Assembly (NCBI GenBank): GCA_017499595.2
Contig: CM038998.1
Coordinates: 2,294,001-2,358,000 of the forward strand
Direction: 5' to 3'
Source of the DNA: Psilocybe cubensis
Taxonomy: Eukaryota
Length of the DNA: 64,000 bases
Shown: positions 13,001 to 26,800 of the stretch, one piece after another
Numbering within the stretch: the stretch's first letter is position 1
How the letters are laid out: each line of letters opens with the position of its first letter
Position numbers and translations under genes: made by a program
Notes under the pieces: model-generated
Database searches by the model: none
Told to the model about the DNA's origin: nothing
Seen by the model: the letters and a program-made list of their open reading frames with translations, nothing else

Positions 13001-14482
13001 TTATGAAGAGTGAAATGTGTTCCTCCATAGAGCTTTGAGTTGCTTGATTCCGTGACGATTAGTTTATAAAAGCTGATAGAGGAACCTTCACCACCTACCT
13101 CATAAAATACAAACATAAATACTGTATTTGGCCCTAATCGAATAAAAGATGGCGTCCAGCCTTTGAAGAAGAAACGAAATCCTTCTTGATGAATAGAGTT
13201 ACGGATAACTTGAGAGAATGTAGTATTGCATGACTACAGAACCACATCACTAAGCACAAGTGACCATGCAGGAGGAAGACGACGCACCACAGCCATAAGT
13301 CGGGATCTAATTACATCGGCAGGCGAGCAAACCGCTATTTTCCATGAGCCAGATTTTACACAAGTAACTGGTCTAACTCACTTGTCGCAAACATACCGGC
13401 CATACAACTTGAAATCAAATGAAGAAGAAGGTTGTCGTGTAGTTGGTGGTTAATGACAGGTAAAGGGTTGTTCAGCAAAGTAGCCTTGAAAAATTCATAG
13501 CTAATTTAAAATCCAGGATTCGTCAAAAAGGTTGAGTTCAGGTAAACAAATGACTCACGATCCCACTTGAGACGCCTACCACAAATAGAGTCAACTAAGT
13601 AGGACCACTGATTTATTGTCTGCAACCTACATTCATTATGATCGCACGAAACTAGTCCAACAATACCGTCAGAATGAAATTGCAGAAATTTTTTAAAACA
13701 TCTTTACAGTATTAGTCCCAAGACCCCGAGACAGTCCTTTGACCCCCTCTTCTCTTATCAAGCTGAGAAGACCACTGAAGGCATTAGAGTAATTGTACCG
13801 TTTTTCCGCGGGCCTGACCAGGTCGCTGGTCATCCGAACCAAGATGATGTCTATAATTTGAACATTATCATAGCTTTTTTACTGGCAATCCAAATAACAT
13901 ACCTGCAGGATTCCCAGCTACCCCACCTAATCCTCCAGCTAGGCATGCTGCCATCAAAAGTCGAAACGTTGAGCTGTGACCTTCCTCAGATAGACGCGTC
14001 TTCAGCTTCTCATATACTCCCAAGCGCACTAGAGAATAGGACATCTGTCTCATGAGCGACGCACTCAAGCCTACGTAGAGACTTTGGAATCCGGATTGCG
14101 ATATTGATGATCGTATGACGGCCGCGGTTGATGGACGTTTCAAATTCGAGCCCGAATGCAACGTTTGCATACGGCTATAGGATGGATCAGTATTCATTTT
14201 TGTTAACAATATCAACATAAGACGGACACTTTCGTAACATCCAATGGGTGCGTACAGGATGCCGCCACTGTAAACGAAATGTAGTGCTTTCAAAACCCGA
14301 ATAAAGTGTTTGACATACTGGATGCAGCGAGCCCTACGAAAAGTCATATTCATTAGCTAGTCATCTATTTGCCCTGGAATATAACCATACCTCCAAGCCT
14401 GTATGGTCCATCTTCGTTAAGTATTCGCATAGACAAGAATGCCTCTAAAACGAACTTACCAGAATGGATAGTCAGTCGACAT
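13001..14482 (-). CDS. DIC1: Mitochondrial carrier, dicarboxylate carrier-like
   Basis: MSTDYPFWLGGLAASMAASCTHPLDVTKVRMQ, GLSASLMRQMSYSLVRLGVYE, GNPADIILVRM, FKGWTPSFIRLGPNT (PxDxxKxR carrier signature). Confidence 0.85.
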
Positions 14483-15317
14483 CGAATGCTTGGAAGAGCA
14501 AACGTTCGCGACCAAGCTTTATATAGAAAGAAGACGCCAGGTTACCACCTGTGGAGGAGTTGGTTTGTTGAGAATAATGAGATCCTGCACTTCTGACCTG
14601 CTTTCCTGTCGCCAAAAAAAGTCTGCATAAGCCATCAAATTAAAAAGCCACATTGATCGTGATCGCTTCGGCAGTATACGGACCCTGTTACATCTTTAAT
14701 AGTAACACTACGTACATGGACTGACGCCGACTCGGACTATGCAAACCTCCAGGTATAAGTAACTGGTCTCCAGATCCAAATTATGAATTACAGGGCTGTT
14801 GAACATAATGAGAAAAATGTTATACACGGACGTTGCTACTCGCACAATCGATGGAAGAGCTTGATTTCATTAACACGTTACGATCGCTTTCGTGGCGATT
14901 ACAACTGGCTGAAGTCATGTCATTTATTACCTTTCGAGAGGAATAGCTCAACGCAGTGCCGTAGGGGTGCGTGTAACAGGTCTGGCCAGTTGAAGATCAG
15001 TGGAACAGGTGCTGCGTCAGGTCCTCCGGTGCACTTCTGGACTGAATACTAATCGGAAAGAGTAGGATGCTTGAACAAGATGCATTGAAGAGATATATCG
15101 AGTTATTAGTAATAGTATTCTGTAGTAGTACACAAAGTTGGTCACACATGAAGACAAAGGTCCGTGCGAGTGTATTGATGGATTGATGGAACCTTTGTTT
15201 GGTTTAAGAGAACTATCCAAACAAACGAGTTGCCAACGCGGTACACTGGTTCATTCACCTTCATTCCCTCCATTCATCCACTAAAATCCCCACTCTAATA
15301 GCCCTAAATCCTAAAAC

Positions 15318-17316
15318 ATGAGCGCACACGATAATGAAGACCTTATTGACTACGAGGAAGATCATGATGTTCCAAATGTTGGAACAACAGGAGCTTCCAA
15401 CGGTGGAGTGGCGACGGGCACCAGTGAGGCTGAAGGAAAGGACAAGAAAAACTTTTCTGGCATTCATTCGACTGGTTTCCGGTCAGATTTTAACGCATAT
15501 ATGAGCCTGCTTAATCATTGATACCACCTCTTTGCCACGTAGAGATTTCCTTCTCAAACCTGAGTTGTTGCGCGCCATTAGCGACCTTGGCTTTGAGCAT
15601 CCTTCTGAAGGTATTCTCCACGTTGCCTATCCGAACGTAAATAATGTAACCTTTGAATTAGTGCAGCAAGAGTGTATTCCCCAAGCCGTTTTGGGCATGG
15701 ACGTGCTTTGCCAAGCAAAGTCTGGTCACGGCAAGACAGCTGTCTTTGTCCTGGCCACTTTGCAGCAACTAGAACCCGTAAATGGTGAAGTTTCCGTCAT
15801 GGTACTCTGCCATACCCGGGAGCTTGCATTCCAAATAAAAAACGAATACACGCGCTTCGCCAAGTACATGCCCGATGTGCGCGTCAGCACATTCTATGGC
15901 GGTACCCCTGTACAAAAGGATGCCGACATTCTGCGCGACAAGTCGAAATGCCCTCATATCGTCGTCGCTACTCCTGGTCGCCTGAACGCCCTAACTAGGG
16001 AGAAGTACCTCGACGCAAAAAACGTGAAACATTTTGTTTTGGATGAGTGCGATAAAATGCTCGAACAGCTTGGTTAGTCTTGCGAATTTGGCGCTCACAC
16101 CATCATTTCTATTCAATCCCTACCGCATATCCTTGTTTTGGGCGTCACTGGCGTCCAATAATGTGGTTTGTCGTATTTCCCTTCCGAAACACGCTCGGCA
16201 GGGCATGGCTGGAACATTTCGAAGTCCCGAGCATTGGATTGCCCTTCTCGATGCCCGATTACCAAATCCAAGGGTTACTATCCGGGTTACGTGCAAGCGA
16301 CTGTTCAATTTGCTTTTGTTCTTCGTGTCGCATCTTTACTTTTATGCCGCATATTTCATCCAACCTGCTTCTAATTTCCGACGTCGTCCATTAAATAGAC
16401 ATGCGCCGCGATGTTCAAGAAATTTTTCGAACGACGCCCCATCACAAGCAGGTCATGATGTTCAGCGCAACGTTGGCGAAGGATATAAGGGCGACATGCA
16501 AGAAATTTATGGCAAATGTAAGTCTGTGCCGATCTTTTCTGACAAACTCTCAAATTGTTTTCAGCCATTGGAGATATTTGTAGACGATGAAACCAAGTTG
16601 ACCCTTCACGGTCTCCAACAACATTATGTCAAACTTGAAGAAGTTGGAAAAAACAGGAAACTTAACGAACTCCTTGATTCCCTCGAATTCAATCAGGTGG
16701 ATTCCATCTCTAGGTTGTGATGTTTTTATTGACAAGTTCCAGGTCGTTATATTCGTTAAATCTGTCGCCCGTGCCATTGAACTCGACAAATTGCTGGTCT
16801 CTTGCAACTTTCCTAGTATTAGTATTCACTCTGGGCTTCAACAAGAAGAGCGGTTTGTTATTTCTACCTTTTGAAAACATTTAACATTGATAATTTTATT
16901 GGATAGTATTAACCGATATACTGCTTTTAAGGCCTTTGAAAAGCGCATTTTGGTTGCTACTGATATTTTTGGACGTGGTATTGATGTTGAGCGTGTCAAC
17001 ATTGTCATCAATTATGATTGTCCTCCTGATGCTGACAGTTACCTCCACCGTGTTGGGTATGGAATGCAGTTTCTACCGAAAATATTTCACTTACTTTCAT
17101 ACACAGGCGTGCTGGACGTTTTGGCACGAAAGGGCTTGCAATCACCTTTGTTTCTTCTGAAAGTGACCAGCAAGTTATGTCAGCGATTCAGTCGCGCTTC
17201 GAGGTCGCTGTCCCTGAGCTACCTGATCACATTGATCCCGCAAGCTACAGTACGTTCTTATGGCTACCTATAACCAATTCTCATATTGATTACACATTAA
17301 CCTAGTGACATCTTAA
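15318..17316 (+). CDS. SUB2: DECD-box ATP-dependent RNA helicase SUB2/UAP56
   Basis: [66 protein letters not shown]; 8 introns. Confidence 0.97.
16073..16398 (+). other. Unusually long (326 nt) intron of SUB2 between LEQL and DMRRD
   Basis: Donor G|GTTAGT at 16073, branch-like CTAAT at ~16371, acceptor AATAG at 16398. Removing it restores [13 protein letters not shown]. Confidence 0.9.
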
Positions 17317-17812
17317 ATATGCGACGCTTTGTATTTTTGCCTTTGCCGGTCTTCTTTACTCGCACCTGTGATTGTTCTGCCAAGAAGCCTACAACACAGT
17401 GTCCCGTTGTCGTGCTTTTCTAATTATGCAGAATACTTTTGAGCCCCTGTAGTTCATTTTGGCTTCAATATTCGAAATCGATTTATTTGTATAGTTTATC
17501 GCAGTCATCGGGCAAAGTTATGACACTGAGGGATTCAATATTCAAGTTTTGCTAACATGTATCTTGGTGACGTCAGAATTGACCATACATTTTTCTTTAA
17601 TGACATGCACGTGATGTATCTTATCCTCTTGGCTCATAAACCAAAGGTCATCCCGAGTTGGGATGAATAACACCATATCCTCTATTGTCCTTAAACTCTC
17701 ATCTATCATAGCTGTTGTTTGGTGGTAGCCATACATAGCTTCTGGTTAGAAACGTTTCCGTCATTGGAAGTTTCAAGACTTTTGCTTAGCGTTCTTCACA
17801 GATCGGCGACTA

Positions 17813-20800
17813 ATGAGGAAGAAACTCGTGCAACCTTCTTTCCCCACATTGTATTTCAGAGATGGCGTTCTTTCCATACCTGGGTATACATTTGAAAAGG
17901 TATTTGTTACCCAAAGCAAATAAATTACTTCTCATGAATTTCCAGGCGGTGTCATGGCAAGACACTGGAAGTATGACTATTTTGGCAGAGGGTAATAGCT
18001 TAAAGGATGGTTCAAATGTCCTGGCTAAGATAGCTCCCGCTCAATCCAACGGCTCAATGTGTTTGGAAAGAGAAGCTCACATGTATGTACACCATATGGT
18101 TTTGTTAATAACAACAAGTCACCTCGACATATTTTCTGCTTAGATTAGGACGGATGGCTTCGTCCTCGGAAGGTCACAGTACCTCCCTCCGTATGATTGA
18201 TTTTCTCAAGATACCTCGGGACAATGGAGATTGTGTTGTTCTTCTTCTTGTGCATCCTGGGCTTAACCTCCTTGGGCGATATTTACCGCCTTCCAAAGTC
18301 AACGACTTGTTACTTTCTGACGTATCGCGCCCAAAGTCCACGCCTAGCCACGGTGATGTCTATATGCTAGGTCTCGAGGAGCCTGATCTAGCTGAAGAAA
18401 TGGAGGCTTTTGATATCATGGATCTTGCTTCATTCTTGGAGTGAGTGGACTCGTTGTTTTTGAATTTCAGGTCCATAATGCAGGCAAATAGATTTGCTAT
18501 CCAAGCGACCCACTGTTTGGAAGTTTTACACAAGTGACATTCGGTGTCTTATTTTCAATTTTAATTGATCTGATGATGTTCTGTAGAGCAGGTTTAGTTC
18601 ATCGTGAAGGTAAGCAAAAATGTCGAAGACGCAATACACGCTGACACAAATCATCGATCAGTGCGAGCCAACGCGTTCCATTTGAACTCCCACTCTGGAT
18701 CTGTCCGTCTAGTTCATTTTGGAAATCGCGCTATCTCATTGGAAAACTTTGGGTCACCATCTTCTCTTGTCCTGAGGGCTTATGAAGAATCCGAAAAACT
18801 GAAGATCAAAGAAGCTCTTTGTTATCTTGCGCCTGAACAAACAGGTAGCATTGAAACGATGGCTCAAGACCACAGAACTGATCTTTACTCTCTTGGGATT
18901 CTTTTTTGGACATTGCTTGTTGGTCGAGGGCAAATGCCATTCGAAGGAGGTGCTCTTGAGCTTCTGCACTCCATTGTGCAGAAAAGACCTATGCCAGTGC
19001 ACGAAGTTAGGCGCGATGTTCCTCAAGTGCTCGCCAATGTTATAGATAAGGTATGCCCTTGTAATATTGTTTACAATATGAATCTCATGCCATATACAGC
19101 TTCTGGCAAAAAATCCCGACTTACGATACCAGAGTGCTTACGGTCTGAAGACTGATTTGATTCAATGCCAGGAACGTCTTCTGGCTACAGTTTCCTCATC
19201 CTCAGACGAATCTACAGAAGTAGTATCTCATTTCCAATGCTCGCTGATATTTTGCTTATGATGAATTAGCTTATTCCTACTTTTGAAATTGCCAAGGAAG
19301 ATCGTTTTATAGTTGGTCTATCTCAGCTCTACTTTTTCACTTGATACTTACTCCGAGTAAAAGGAATTTACAATGCCGCTTGCGCTGGTATATTACAACA
19401 ATTTTCGACTCACCTACGTATACTGATTGACACTTAGTTTGGCAGAGAAAAGGAACTGGAATTGATAAAAAACGTTAGTGAGTAGCATCCTTTCTCTAGA
19501 TGGGACACATATTTAAATATTTTCAGTCCGAAGCGTATCAACCAGTTTTTCAAAACATTTCTCTGCCAGTAAAGGATACTTTGCTCTAACAACAAGCACA
19601 AATCAGTCGTTAAATCATGATGATAATCAAGAATCAATATCTTCACGCAGCGATTCTCCATATAACTCCGTGTCGACTTCCAGTCCTAGAGCATTGGCAT
19701 TTACTGAATCATCTCTGTATGACCATTCGACGTCGTTGTCTTTGAGCCCATCAATACACTCTGGGGAAGCATTGCGCAAGGTTATGTTACGGAGCCGAAA
19801 CCGTGTCTCACGGACTCAGACTGTCGTCGTCGTTGGTCCCGCCGGGTATGTCTTTCTTATCTATCATTTTGATCATTTCTCGAATGATGATCAGGATTGG
19901 CAAGAGTTCCATAATCCTTGCAAACCAAGCAAAGTGGAGATGTAAGTTAATAAGTTAACAAACACAAAAGCACACGAAAATTTACTAGCTTTGTAGCTCA
20001 TGGCCTTTGGGGCCAGGCCAAATTCCAGAGCGCGGATTCTGCACCTTTTGCGGCCCTGGTAAGCCATTGTTATTGTCATTAGACCACTTTCTCAACATTT
20101 GTTTATCAGTTAGGATGTCTTTCATCTGTATTACGCCAATTGATGGTGTTTCATACTGACCTTCATCGGTTTGTCAATGCATTGCGTGAAAGACTCGGCC
20201 CACAACTTCAAAATGTTCCACTCCTTTACCAAGGCACACCTGAGCTCAAAGATGTTTTAGGTTTATTTGATATACACCTAGAGAACCCTCAAGAACCTTT
20301 AAATACCCGGGAACTCCGGGCAAGGTTCCAATCTTTAGTTGAAAACGTTTTTACCGTCATTGCAGAGACGCGTTTGTTTGCATTGTTTCTTGATGATCTG
20401 CACGAAGCAGATCAATCGTTGAGTCTTCAATATTTGGTTCATCTTGTCCCTGCTCATAGCTTCTTCATCACAGGACGCTAGACCTTGTATCTACTTTGGT
20501 TAATTCAAGATCTAGAATGGTAAAAGTTCTTATTCAGTGTAGTTACTCGGACTGAAAATTTTACATAATAGCTGGTATTTGCGACACTACGGTCAGACAA
20601 AGCGTAAGTTGACGACTGGAGCATTAAAATATCCATTGACAAAGAATCACAGTGAAATAGTCCAGCATGTCAGAGACATGCTCAGCAGTCGTTCGAGAAC
20701 TACTTGGATTGAAGTTGAACCCTTGACATTACCTGCCATTTCTCTACTGGTTTCGAAAACACTTCACCGCTCTATCGAAGAATGTCAACCTTTGTCACAG

Positions 20801-23800
20801 TTCGTGCTGGGAGCCTCATCAGGAAATGCATTTTCAGCACGCAGCATCTTGACTACGCTTCAGCGCCAGCATTTGGTTAGTTGGAACCTTTTGTATGTGT
20901 ACGTTGCACTAATTTTGAATAGATCACCTTCAATTGGGAGCGCAATCATTGGCTGTAGGATCCTTTGACCATGTTTTACATAATCCTGTTCTAACGCTTC
21001 TGAAAGTTATGACATGCCGGCTATAGAAAGAAGTCTTGACAGTCAAAAGACTGCTGATCCCACTGAACTCACGTTTTTAATAAAACATCTCCGTGAGCTT
21101 CCTGAAGAAGCCAGGAAATACCTTCTATGGGCCGCTTTTTTTGGGGAAACGTAAGCGACTGCAATGCTGTACATTACTTGCACTTTTCACTTATCGTATT
21201 TTCTAGTTTCAAAGTTACAGAAGTGGCGTTGATGATGGATTGGGAGGACTCTAACGGGCATAGTGGACCTGATGACGACGTCGACGTCGACATCATGTGG
21301 AGCCTTCACCGAGCCGTTACAAATCTCCGTGAAGCTGGAACAGGAAACAGTCACAGATCAATGCGTGGTCTTCAACTGGCCCTGACAGAAGGCTGGTTGA
21401 TAACCAGAGCTAGAGATATGTGTAGCTTTGCACATGATCGATATCGTCAAGCAGCACAAGCTGAAGTAGAGTCCCTCACGCAAGAGTCTATCGCGAAAAT
21501 GTCATTCAGAGTAAGTGATATGTCGCCAATTTTTCATAGTCTATGTCATTTCAATATTATCAGATTGTATTGATGATGCTACATGAAACGCCTGTGGATG
21601 TATATCGAATCGCGGAGCATGCAAAACGGTCAGTTTGAGGTTTCCATTCATTGTATATTAATATGTCTCATTTCATCTAGGTGCCTGAACCTTTTGCATG
21701 ACCATCCTAAACGTGATGAACTACTCAATGTCATGATCGATGCAGGAGAGTCTGCCTGGGCACGCGGCGCTCATGAAGTATTTCACATCTACATTACTTT
21801 TTATTATCCTGAACCTCAATGTTTTTTCAGTTAGCAATTCAATCATTTATCAGTGCGAGGAGTTTGCTCGAGAACAACGCCTGGGTAGAGAAACCGAATC
21901 GAACGTTCAAATTGTTATCTCGGCTTGGGGCGTAAGTTTTCATTGTTTTTTGAATCCCCCTGACTTTTGTGATAACGCAATCGATACAGTTTGTATACAT
22001 GGAAAGGCGAGTTTGATGCTCCCATTTTCGTAATAAATAACCCTGAAGATACCACAGGCGATTTGGCTGCATCGGATTCAATATTGAGCGACTGCTTCCA
22101 CCATAGCAAACAACCAGAAGACAAGGCTAATATACTTCGCTTACGTGCACGAAATAAATGGCTTAAAGGAAGTTATGCGGATGCGCTAAACGATACTTTG
22201 CTGGCTCTGAAAGTCCTTGGCATTGAAGTCAACCTATCACCTACCCGTAGGCAGGCTGATGTCATGTTTGAAGAAGTCAAAAATGAAATTCTGGCGGTCG
22301 GGTTTGACGAAATATTGATGATCCCAAGAACTACAGATCCTCGGACAGAGCTTGCTGTTGGTTTATTGAACGATGCTGGTGAGTTTCTCCACTCCATCGA
22401 CTAAAAATAGCTGGAGACTCGGAATGCAGGCATCAACGCGTATTGGAGCCCATCGCCATACTCTTTTGCAGACATGATTGGGTTGACGGTGGGATATTTC
22501 CGTACTTCTGTTACAACAACCTCTTAATATGCATGTAGACAATAAAACTTGCTCTTAGGTATGTCTTTTTCTTGGGGCAATCGAGTTCTTAAGAAGCATC
22601 AATTAGGTCTGGGATGTCACCTGGAACTGCCCTCGGATTTTTTTGGGCTTTGGGAGGTGTGTTGCTGTCGATTCATGTGTTCATATGATCCGCTGTCTGA
22701 TATATGATCAGCTTCAGCGGAACGTAGAGAAATGTATCGGTTCTCTTCCGATCTTGCCAAGTTGGCGTTACGGATTGCCGAACGTTATGGGAGCTCAGGG
22801 GAAAAGTGGTGAGATTTAAACAATTTACGGTGCAACCTATTGATCGCCCTAATGCGAGCCAACTAGCCGAGCTCAAGTTCTTTTTTGTTCAATGGTTTCG
22901 GGCTTTGACAATGTGCACATAAGAGCAAATATACCCCGTTTAGAGCAAGCTGTGAAATACGGAAACAGTGCAGGCGATAGGTAACGTTCATTGCCACCGA
23001 TGTAATGATACCTGACTAACTCCAATAAAGAATATATACCAGCTTCGCCAGCATTCATTCTATTATCACAAAATTTTATGTATCAGACCACCGTGTGTTT
23101 TCGTTTCTCCATTTTATTTGTTGCTGGAAATTAACTATGTTAATAGTTAGCGAGCTTGTGGTTAATGCGGAGGAGGTGTGCATGTTTCTTGTATCTTAAA
23201 GTGGATTTGAGCTAACTTGTCTTAGTGTGTCAGTGATATCAAAATATCCACACCAACCGGCGAGCACCTTGTACTTGCCACTGGTACGCGATTCCATTTC
23301 TTCAAGTCGTACATTGAATAACGCATTTAATCAGCTATCCTCAATTGCATTCGTGTCCTCGGTGGTTATACTCAGGCAGAGACTGTTGACACTATTTTTG
23401 ATACAGATAACTTTGTGGAAAGTAAATATCTTGAACGTATACACGAAACGTCAGGAAACATATCCATGTCTCTTAATTGGTAAGTCAACGCTTATATGCG
23501 GTAGTGGCGGTCTTTGCTTATCCCATTTTTTGTTTAGGTATGACTCGTTCAAGGTTAGTTAAAATTTTTGTTTTTGTAGTCAAACTCTAACCTTTACACC
23601 ATTTGAAGGTTGTTAGCTTCTTCTGTGTTGGGCATGTCAAAGAAGCGGCCAACCTGGGATTCAGCGTCTATAAAACGAGGGATTCCCATCCTAAGTCTGT
23701 TTTGTTGCTCATTATCGTGATCATGTGCACTGATTTTGATGTATGTGTAGTCATAGACATATCAGATACGCGTTGTTTTTCCACAGTCTGGCGTTAATTT

Positions 23801-26800
23801 CATGCATACGCCATGGCCTCGTTTCTGGAAGCGATAGGACCACGTATCTCAATCAAATCAACTTTAATCAGAATTATATACGAAAGCGAGTACCTCGTTG
23901 CTAGAAGGTGTTTTATTGAGATGAGCTAATCTGCTTTTCACAGGTGGTTATCCTCCAGCCCAGTGAATGTTAGCACATGGGTTGCACTTGTGGTTTGTTG
24001 GCCATTTGGTTTGACTTACAGTACCTTTTAACCATGAGTTAGGATGCCGAATTAGCTGCCCTTCTAGGATCGCCGGATGCATTCAGATTATATGATGTGG
24101 CTGTCAGGTTCTATATGTTCCTTGATTTTTTATCTGCACTCACTAACGCTGAACGATCAGACTCGCTGTCAATAATGACTGGCTGGCAGAGGAAGGATGG
24201 TGCCTGTTTCTAGTGGGCTCATTCTCGCTCAAGTCGAACAATATATTTCTCATTCTTTCTCTAGCAAGGTTCTCATTTTGTGCGATGTGGTATAGAAGGA
24301 CTTGGAACCGAACTGCAACGTCGTGGTATTTCGAGACATGCTCAATGGGGCGCTCAAGGGATTGTGTAGGTGCAGTGTCCTGACGCTGGAACAATATCTA
24401 ACTAAACAACAGGACACATCTCACGTCCATATCGGGTACCCGCTCCCAATTACCGTTCAAGAAGCCCATTTTTTCTGCGGATGTGGCTGTCCAAACAGAA
24501 GCGGTTGCACTGAACTATGATTCAACGATATACACTCTTGGAGGAAAAACTGACTCACACGATGATCAGGAATCGACGTTGAGCGCTGCTGACTTAGCAT
24601 CTATTCTGAAGTGGAGCAAGGATATTTCTCGTGATATCAATCTATCCTCAGGTTTGTACTTTACCAATTTTCCAAACCCCTTCTATCTAATGCGTGCAAC
24701 AGCTTTGCAAAGGCTTACTGAAATAGCATCTGGTACGCGTGTTTACTATCATCGTTGTGACATCTAATATCATGGTTCCGAAAGAAACATCTGGGTCACA
24801 AAATACTTGTGGTATGCTGTGAGTTAATGACTTCCCATCCAGAACTGATGCCTGGCCACAGTTGTAATAGCAAGAGAAGCGGGTGACTATACCGTTGCAA
24901 CCAGTATGGTCCCACCAGAGCAATGTCAAGTCCACGAGTGGGTTTAAAATCCCTTCATTATCTAAGATGTGTTAATTGGTATGGCATAGGAACCCAAAAT
25001 CTATTCGAACAATCAATGATCCACTCCAGAAGGCGATCATTCAGCACAGTCAGTTCACATTGCCAGCCTTTTAAGCTTTGTTTATTCAAATACAACCCTG
25101 TGGATTCTAGCCTTAAATTCAAAAGAGAGAGTATACTATGACGATGCTTCGTCAGATTCTCGATTTTCTTCTGAAGCTGGACAAACATCACATCGATCGG
25201 TTATATGTCTCCCTATCTTCAGCAATCGTGGACAAACCTTTGGTGCCGTCTATGTTGCCTCAAGATACGCATTTTCACAAAATACTGTCACTATCTTGAC
25301 TTTGTTATGTCAACAAGCCAGTATCAGCATCGCCAATGCCTTATTATTCAGATCTGTTCAGGCAGGCACCAAAGAGAATTTGAAAATGATTGCAGCACAG
25401 CGCGAGGCATTGGAGGCCGCAAGAAAAAGCAGAGAGGACGCGTTGAAGGCTACTAAAGTAGGTTCACTTATTGCTCTTGGAATGCGAATATCTAAATCAC
25501 ATCCATAGATTAAGAGCAATTTTTTGGCTTCGATGAGCCATGAATTGAGGACACCTTTTAGGTTAGTTGCAAGGACCGCTTTCTTTTTGACTTACGATAA
25601 CGACATTGTTCATCAGCTCTTTTTATGGATTACTTGATCTTCTCAGTGGTACTGAACTCAATCCTGGACAAAGCGAGATCGGTATAAATTCTCTTACCTT
25701 TTGCTTCTCCAATATTGATGATTTCTCAGTTCAAACCGCTAAACAGTCATGTGAACTTTTGTTGAAGGTTGGTTTTCAGTAAATACAGATTGGCTAGGGA
25801 TAATAATTACATTATGCTAGATCATCGATTCAATATTAGATTATAGCAAGCTAGAGGCTTCCGGTATGACGAAGCTTTTATTATGCTGTCATTGAAATTG
25901 ACCTCAGCAATAGCTGTGAAGCTAGAGCCCAGCGGATTCTTAGTGGAGGTAGGTATATCTTTTTGTCAAAATCTCACTTCTTGACATTTTTCGACAGAAT
26001 ATAATTGCGGTCCGTTCTACCCGTTCATAATGTCAAAAAATCTGTCTGATCAATAGTGTTTACCATACAGGATTGCATGGAACTTTTACTTCCAATGGCT
26101 GCCAAAAAACTTGATTTATCCTTCAATATTGAGTCCGATGTACCTTCATGTGTGTTACCACGCCGAGCAATAATTCTCATCTAATCCAATTTTTCTGTTA
26201 TTCTAGGGGTATTTGCTGATTACGCCCGAATCCGTCAAGGTATGTACTACCTTTTTGTTTGATCCTGACTAAATATTGACGACTTCCAACGTAGTGTTGA
26301 TGAATCTCATCGGAAATGCGGTCAAGTTCACGGCCAATGGTTCAGTTCGCGTCATATGCTATACCGTTGACAATACTACAATGAGTAGTGGAAGCGAAGT
26401 TAATTTGAAGTTCGAAATACAGTAAGCCTTCTATACCACATAGATAATGGATAACTTAATACAGAATCAGTGACACCGGAATTGGACTATCTGCCAGCGA
26501 TGTTGATCTATTGTTTGTGCCATTCCAACAGGCAGATGTTTGTGGTCTTGTTACCCCTGCCAGTTATTTCCTCTGCTCATTTTGCCACAGAATTCCTCTA
26601 CTCGTCGTTTTGGTGGAACAGGTTTGGGTCTGTCGATTTCCCGCCAGCTTGTAAAATTGATGGGAGGTGCGATTGGTGTCAAATCGGAGCCTGATCATGG
26701 CTCTATGTTCTGGTTCACTATTCCAGTGAAGGTATATCATGCCCCCGATTCAGTCAAGGTATATCACTACCATTATTTCAAATCTGTGTAACTAACAAGA

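Noticed and set aside
14659-14674. GTGATCGCTTCGGCAG resembles the 5' end of metazoan U6 snRNA
   Set aside because: No downstream ACAGAGA box or AGC triad, even allowing for an intron; treated as a chance match.
16073-16398. Intronic snoRNA in the long SUB2 intron
   Set aside because: No RUGAUGA or CUGA boxes and no convincing hairpin-H-hairpin-ACA layout; only a generic structured element is proposed.
16034-16720. 228-aa ORF (and 104-aa ORF 16080-16394) crossing the SUB2 intron
   Set aside because: TTG starts, out of frame with upstream SUB2 and no recognisable protein; explained by the A-poor, stop-poor intron composition.
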